NCBI RefSeq assembly: GCF_006345805.1
Contig: NC_043006.1
Location: 68,138,001 to 68,202,000 of the forward strand
DNA: 64,000 nt
Source of the DNA: Octopus sinensis
Lineage: Eukaryota
Direction of reading: 5' to 3'
Part shown: positions 58,461 through 64,000 of the stretch, in pieces
Numbering within the stretch: position 1 is the first letter of the stretch
Layout of the letters: each line of letters opens with the position of its first letter
Translations under genes and position numbers: made by a program
The notes under the pieces: model-generated
Told to the model about the DNA's origin: nothing
Databases searched by the model: none
The model's input: only the letters and a program-made list of their open reading frames with translations

Positions 58461-58857
58461 AGGCGCAGGAGTGGTTGTGTGGTAAGTAGCTTGCTAATCA
58501 ACCACATGGTTCCGGGTTCAGTCCCACTGCGTGGCATCTTGGGCAAGTGTCTTCTGCTATAGCCCTGGGCCGACCAATGCCTTGTGAGTGGATTTGGTAG
58601 ACGGAAACTGAAAGAAGCCTGTCGTATATATGTATATATGTGTGTGTGTTTGTGTGTCTGTGTTTGTCACCCTAGCATTGCTTGACAACCGATGCTGGTG
58701 TGTTTACGTCCCCGTCACTAGCGGTTCGGCAAAAGAGACTGATAGAATAAGTACTGGGCTTACAAAGAATAAGTCCCGGGGTCGAGTTGCTCGACTAAAG
58801 GCGGTGCTTCAGCATGGCCGCAGTCAAATGACTGAAACAAGTTAAAGAGTAAAAGAG
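58461..58857 (+). mobile_element. tRNA-derived SINE family A, full-length representative
   Basis: A-box tggttgtgtgg, B-box ggttcagtccc, internal TA/TG microsatellite. Other copies at ~2388, 5529, 11230, 12480, 13090, 14255-14910, 18240, 20500, 33260, 40125 and 62793. Confidence 0.85.
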
Positions 58858-60012
58858 TACTAGTACCGCCGTACTAGTACATTATTTTATCAATCCCGGA
58901 AGGATGAAATGATGGAATACAGTACTTAGGTTAATTTCAACATAGTTGATACAGTAAACATAAAAGAAGATGCAAATGGAAGTAATTATATGTTTAGGAA
59001 TAGTCAACATCAAGTCATTATGTTGAAACCAGTGGCGAGCTGGCAGAATCGTTAGCACGCCGGGACAAATGCCTAGCAGTATTTCGTCTGCCGCTACGTT
59101 CTGAGTTCAAATTCCGCCGAGGTCGACTTTGCCTTTCATCCTTTCGGGGTCGATAAATTAAGTACCAGTTACGCACTAGGGTCAATATAATCGACTTAAT
59201 CCGTTTGTCTGTCCTTGTTTGTCCCCTCTGTGTTTAGCCCCTTGTGGGTAGTAAAGAAATAGGTATTGCGTCTGTCTTTATGTTCTAAGTTCAAATTCCG
59301 CCGAGGTCGACTTTACTTTTCATCCTTTCAGTGTCAATAAATTAAGTACCAGTGAAACACTGAAGTCGATGTAATCGACTATTCCCCTCCACTCCGATTT
59401 CAGGTCTTGTGCTTATAGTAGAAAGAGTTATAATGAAATCAATACGTCGCGACGTTACGTTAATATTTCAGGGAGAGAATTCTCCTTTACGAGGCGAGTC
59501 CTCTCCCTTGGCTTAGAAGCTCATGAAATTCGATTATCTTGCGGTATTTCTTTTGACACGTAACCTTCAAAATTCAAGTTCGCGTGCTATCCTAAGTATT
59601 TCAGAAATAGCAGCCAAGGTACACCGCTCCAACGTTAAAAGATCCAGCAATGAACACCATCATTGAGAAAGAAGGCAGTTAGGTCGCTTGCATGTCGACG
59701 CATGATAACCACCACAGTTACATATGGACCATGCAATAATCCTGCATGACCACTGTGTTGTAGAGAAGGAACCAATGGAAGTGGTGGCATTGCTCCTGTC
59801 GATTCACGTATTATACATAGATTGTTCACAGGAAATTATCAGATTTCATTTTCATCATTTCCATTCAATTTACTTTACTTTATTTTATTTTTTTTTAGTC
59901 AAACCCCTAAACTACGTGTTAACCAAATAAAGTACCAGTCAAGCTCCGAGTTCCATGTAATGAACTAATTCTGTCCATCGAAATTGCTGGCCTTGCTTCA
60001 AAATTAGAAACG

Positions 60013-60084
<72 letters not shown>

Positions 60085-60311
60085 GAGTGAGAGAGCAGTG
60101 CATGCCATCAAAGTGACATTGAGGTAAAATATACAAAGCCCAGTATACCCATCATGACTACCCGTCTGATAAGAGTACACCAGGCACATGCATCACAAAC
60201 ATATGTGCACAACATGGTGATCTCATATCAAGATAAATAGCGCATGACCTTGTAGGTGGGGCCCAGTTAGAATTTTCTTCTGGTTGAGTAAGCCATACTG
60301 CTCAAAAAGTC

Positions 60312-60350
<39 letters not shown>

Positions 60351-60351
60351 A

Positions 60352-60760
60352 AGGATTGATGTAACTCCTCCTGAAGATATAGAGTCAAAATTAAGAGTGC
60401 TATTGTTATCTAGAGAACAATATTTCGATATCTTGTGTGTCTTCAACAGGTTCAAAAAATAATTTTGTCAATCTACTCCAGAAGACAATGTATTTTTTGA
60501 AATTATTTTTTGAACCTGTTGAAGATACACAAGAAGAGTGCCATTGTCATCTAGTGAAATATCGTTCACTGGATGACAATGGCACCCTTCTTTTAATTTT
60601 GACTCTCTATCTTCTGGAGAAGTTACCACAATCCTTTATATATTAACCAAAATGAAGTAGATTGACAAAATTATTTTTTGAAACTGTTGAAGACACACAA
60701 GATGTCGAAATATCGTTCACTAGATGACAATGGTACTCTTCTTTTAACTTTGACTCTATT
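60352..60760. repeat. Nested inverted duplications including a 28-bp stem hairpin
   Basis: 60378-60476 is inverted at 60657-60759 and partly at 60500-60635; hairpin 60531-60558 / 60565-60592. Confidence 0.85.
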
Positions 60761-61110
60761 ATTATTATTATAGTGTTGAAATATTGTTCACTTGATTACA
60801 GTTACACTCTTCTTATTGTATTTTTGGTTCAGCTCAGGTTTGGTTTTATTCCTGGTAAGATTTATGTGGATAGTGGGTTACTACCTGTAACCTTGTGTAT
60901 CCACAAGTTTTTAGCAGTCTTTCAAGTGCTTAGAACCCTCCTGACAATCCTTGCTATTCCTAAGAGATAAACTTTCTATAGGAGCTCCACTGGGCATTAT
61001 ATTTCAATTTCCTTCAGCCATTTATCCATATCCTTGCTTATTGTTCCCAACACACAGTTATTATAGGCATAACCTTTACTGTTTGTATACTCCAAATTCT
61101 TCCTATTTCA
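60758..61110 (-). mobile_element. R4/Dong-like non-LTR 3' fragment with (TAA)n tail
   Basis: Frameshifted EIGRIWSIQTVKVMPII..LGTISKDMDKWLKEI..LLGIARIVRRVL, typical of the RLE-type ORF C-terminus. Confidence 0.7.
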
Positions 61111-62980
61111 AATTTTAAGGGATTGTATGTTTTTTTTTTTGTTTTCCTTCCTCTTTTTTTACAATCCTGGAATCAAATAGGTATGATGCATCAATAAATA
61201 AGCAATTTCATTTTCCCTTATCTATAATTGGTTATTATTATCATTATTATCATTATTATGAAAGGTGGTGGGCTAGCAGAATCGTTGCATGCTTGACAAA
61301 ATGCTAAGTGGCATTTCACCTGTCGATATGCTCTGAGTTCAAATTCCACCATGGTCGATGTTGCCTTTCATCTTTTCAGGATCGATAAAATAAGTACTGG
61401 TGAAACACTGGGGTCAATGTAATCAACTAGTCCCCTCCCCCCAAATTTCAGGCCTATAGTAGAAAGGATTATTATTATTATTATTTAAGGAGGCAAGCTG
61501 GCAGAATCATTAGCATTCCAGGCGAAATGTTTAGTGGTATTTTGTCTGCCCCTATGTTCTGAGTTCAAATTCCACTGAGGTAAGCTTTGCCTTTCATCCA
61601 TTCAGGGTCAATAAATTAAGTACCATTGAAACACTTGTAATTGACTGCACCCCTCTCCCAAAATTTCAGGCCTTGTGACTATAACAGAAAGGATTATTAT
61701 GGTTATTGTGGTAGTGAGCCATGTATATATATATATATACACACATACAATTATAAATAATAGAAAAAGAAAAAATTTTCTTTGCCATTATACTGAAATA
61801 GATACAAAATTGCTTGTTTAGAACCATCCCATGAAGTCCACTGCATGCACAAATCCACTTGTACACACATACACACACACACACACACACACATACATAC
61901 ATACAATGAAGTTGACATCACTTCATATCCCTCACAGGCACCTCTCTATTTGGACATGTGTCCTCTTTCAACAACAGCTCTTAACCATTATACACTGATA
62001 AATCACCATTCTCCAAGTGCCCTGAAGATATGGCTACCAGGGCCCTCTTGTTTTGAGGCCTTTCTTAGGGTTTGTTATTTCTAATCCAGAGGGACCTGCT
62101 TGTGCAAATCTAGTTAAAAAATGTTGGCCTGTGTGGTACTCTTGCTGTAGCCATTGCTGCAGTTGTCTCTGGCTATCACAATGAATATGTAATGATGGGG
62201 GGGTATTGCTGTTCAACAGAATCAAGAAGGTGTGGGTAAATGCCATTGCCTGTCGTTATCATACTGGTGTCATTATCAGCTTTAAACACTAATTCACTGA
62301 GTAATAATTCTTTCTACTATAGGCACAAGGCCTGAAATTTTGGGAGAGGTGGCTAGCCATTTACACTGACCCCAGTGCTCAACCGGTACATATTTTATTG
62401 ACCATGAAAGGATTAAGGGCAAAGTCGACCTCAGCAGAATTTAAACTTAGAATGGGAAGACAAACAAAATACTGCTAAGAATTTCACCTGGCATGCTAGT
62501 GATTCTGCCAGCTTGCCGCCTTCACTGAGTAATAATAGTTACCCCTATATAACCAGCAAATGAGAAATATGGCTACCAGGGCCCTCTTGTTTTGAGGTCT
62601 TTCTTAGGTTTGTTATTTCTAATCCAGAGGAACCTGCTTGTGCAAATCTAGTTAAAAAATGTTTTCTCAGGAAAAATACAAACAATGTAATAAGATTTGA
62701 ATTAATTTACATTAGTTAATTTGTAAATTATATGGATACAGTATGAACTCTGTAAATATCTGAAACATGTCAAGCTGATGAGAATTCCATACGTGTTGCT
62801 GTGTGGTAAGAAGTTTGCTTGCCAACCACATGTTTCCAGGTTCACTCCCACTGCATGACACCTTGGGCTAATGTCTTCTACTACAGCCTCAAGCTGACCA
62901 AAGCCTTGTGAGTGGATTTGTAAGATAGAAACTTAAAGAAGACCGTTGTATACACATACATACATACATACATACATACA

Positions 62981-63012
<32 letters not shown>

Positions 63013-63098
63013 AAGTTAATCCAAACAAGAAAGCACAAAAAACACAACGCGAGGACGTGGAACAAATATAGTATTATTGGACGCTCAGGAAAGAAAGA

Positions 63099-63138
63099 GG
63101 GTGTAACGTTTCGAGTGGAGCTCTTCGTCGGAAACATA
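63099..63138 (-). ncRNA. Degenerate hammerhead-like motif
   Basis: The minus strand reads tgttt-CCGACGA-a-gag(ctcca)ctc-GAAA-cgtt-acacc. There is a U4-to-C change and stem I is poor. Confidence 0.35.
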
Positions 63139-64000
63139 GGAGAAGGAAAGATCCAGAGAAGGGAAGACAGAGGAAAAAAAATCGCCAACGGTACACATTT
63201 TGAAAATATATATATATATATAATATTAAGTATGTTTTAAAATGTATGGGCTATTTACAGAGTGCTCATAGAGAAACTGGCATTCCATTGGTTATGATGA
63301 TGAGGGTTCCAATTGATCTGATCAATGGAACAGCCTGCTTGTGAAATTAACATGCAAATGGCCAAGCACTGTACAAACACGTGTACCCTCAACATAGTTC
63401 TCAAGGAGAATCAGTGTGACACAGCGTGTGATAAGGCTGGCCCTTCAAAAAACAGGTACTGCTCATTTTTGCTGGCTGTATGGACTGGAGCAATGTGAAA
63501 TAAAGTGTTTTGCTCAAGGACACAATGCATCACCAAGAATTGAACTCATGATCATATAATCATGAGCTGAATACCCTAACCACTAAGTCATATGCCTTCA
63601 CAAAGAGGGCTATAAAGCAGCTGGAAACATGCTAGATACCTAGTCTTGTTTTCACTCATCTCAGAACTATAAGTCTGTTAAAAAGACAAACTCAAGGAAA
63701 ATGTACCTGCTCACTGTCTAGCAATTTATGTAGATGCTGCAGCCTCAGTGCACATCTACAAACCTATAGCCATGGCATACTGAGTCTTCTATACTGAGGG
63801 TGCTGGCAGTGTGTGGATTGCCTGATTATAGGAAGGGTGTTGGTAGCAGAGACTGTTGTATCACGAATTGTTATAATGATACTTTTTTACATTATAACTG
63901 TGTAGTAACAATAAATATATAATGAAGCAGGATAACAACAATGTAACAATCCAATAATTTCCCTGTGAACTATACACGAACCAGCAAATATTGGGTTCAA

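Noticed and set aside
62000-62012. ATG|gtgatt as exon 1 of tubulin gene 2 (also gtaccat at ~61620 and acaccat at ~59655)
   Set aside because: The donors are weak, there is no promoter context, and one lies inside a SINE.
63720-63760. Small hairpin tgtagatg-c-tgca...tgca-catctaca
   Set aside because: A 12-bp stem with no recognisable RNA family, and no open frame around it.

Overview
AT-rich metazoan genomic DNA dense in microsatellites and tRNA-derived SINEs. The repeat landscape looks like an octopus (coleoid cephalopod) genome; this is an inference. Two alpha-tubulin genes lie on the minus strand. Gene 1 is complete and canonical: exons 31063-31061, 24468-24246 and 24051-22922, 451 aa, ending in DEY. 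Gene 2 is a divergent paralog: exons 57965-57743 and 56025-54899, remodelled K40 loop, ending in DEF; its ATG-only exon 1 was not found in the window. The paralogs share a 180-nt tract with one mismatch although their exon 2 sequences differ at about 19% of sites, which suggests gene conversion. Between them are a candidate intronless micropeptide gene (TATA/CCAAT/E2F/CRE-like promoter, 8-aa uORF, 63-aa ORF) and candidate plus-strand exons of an unknown acidic protein. Most of the rest is mobile DNA: SINEs, CR1-, RTE-, CRE-, R4- and L1/Tx1-like remnants, Tc1/mariner remnants, Helitron-like elements and GG-ended MITEs with 8-9 bp TSDs (Merlin-like). Also present are a 1.9-kb foldback element in tubulin intron 1, minimal hammerhead-ribozyme motifs of the Penelope type, a 224-bp AT-rich palindrome and a ~1-kb near-identical tandem duplication. 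All calls were made by eye, with no database searches. Most short ORFs in the supplied track are microsatellite or antisense artefacts.
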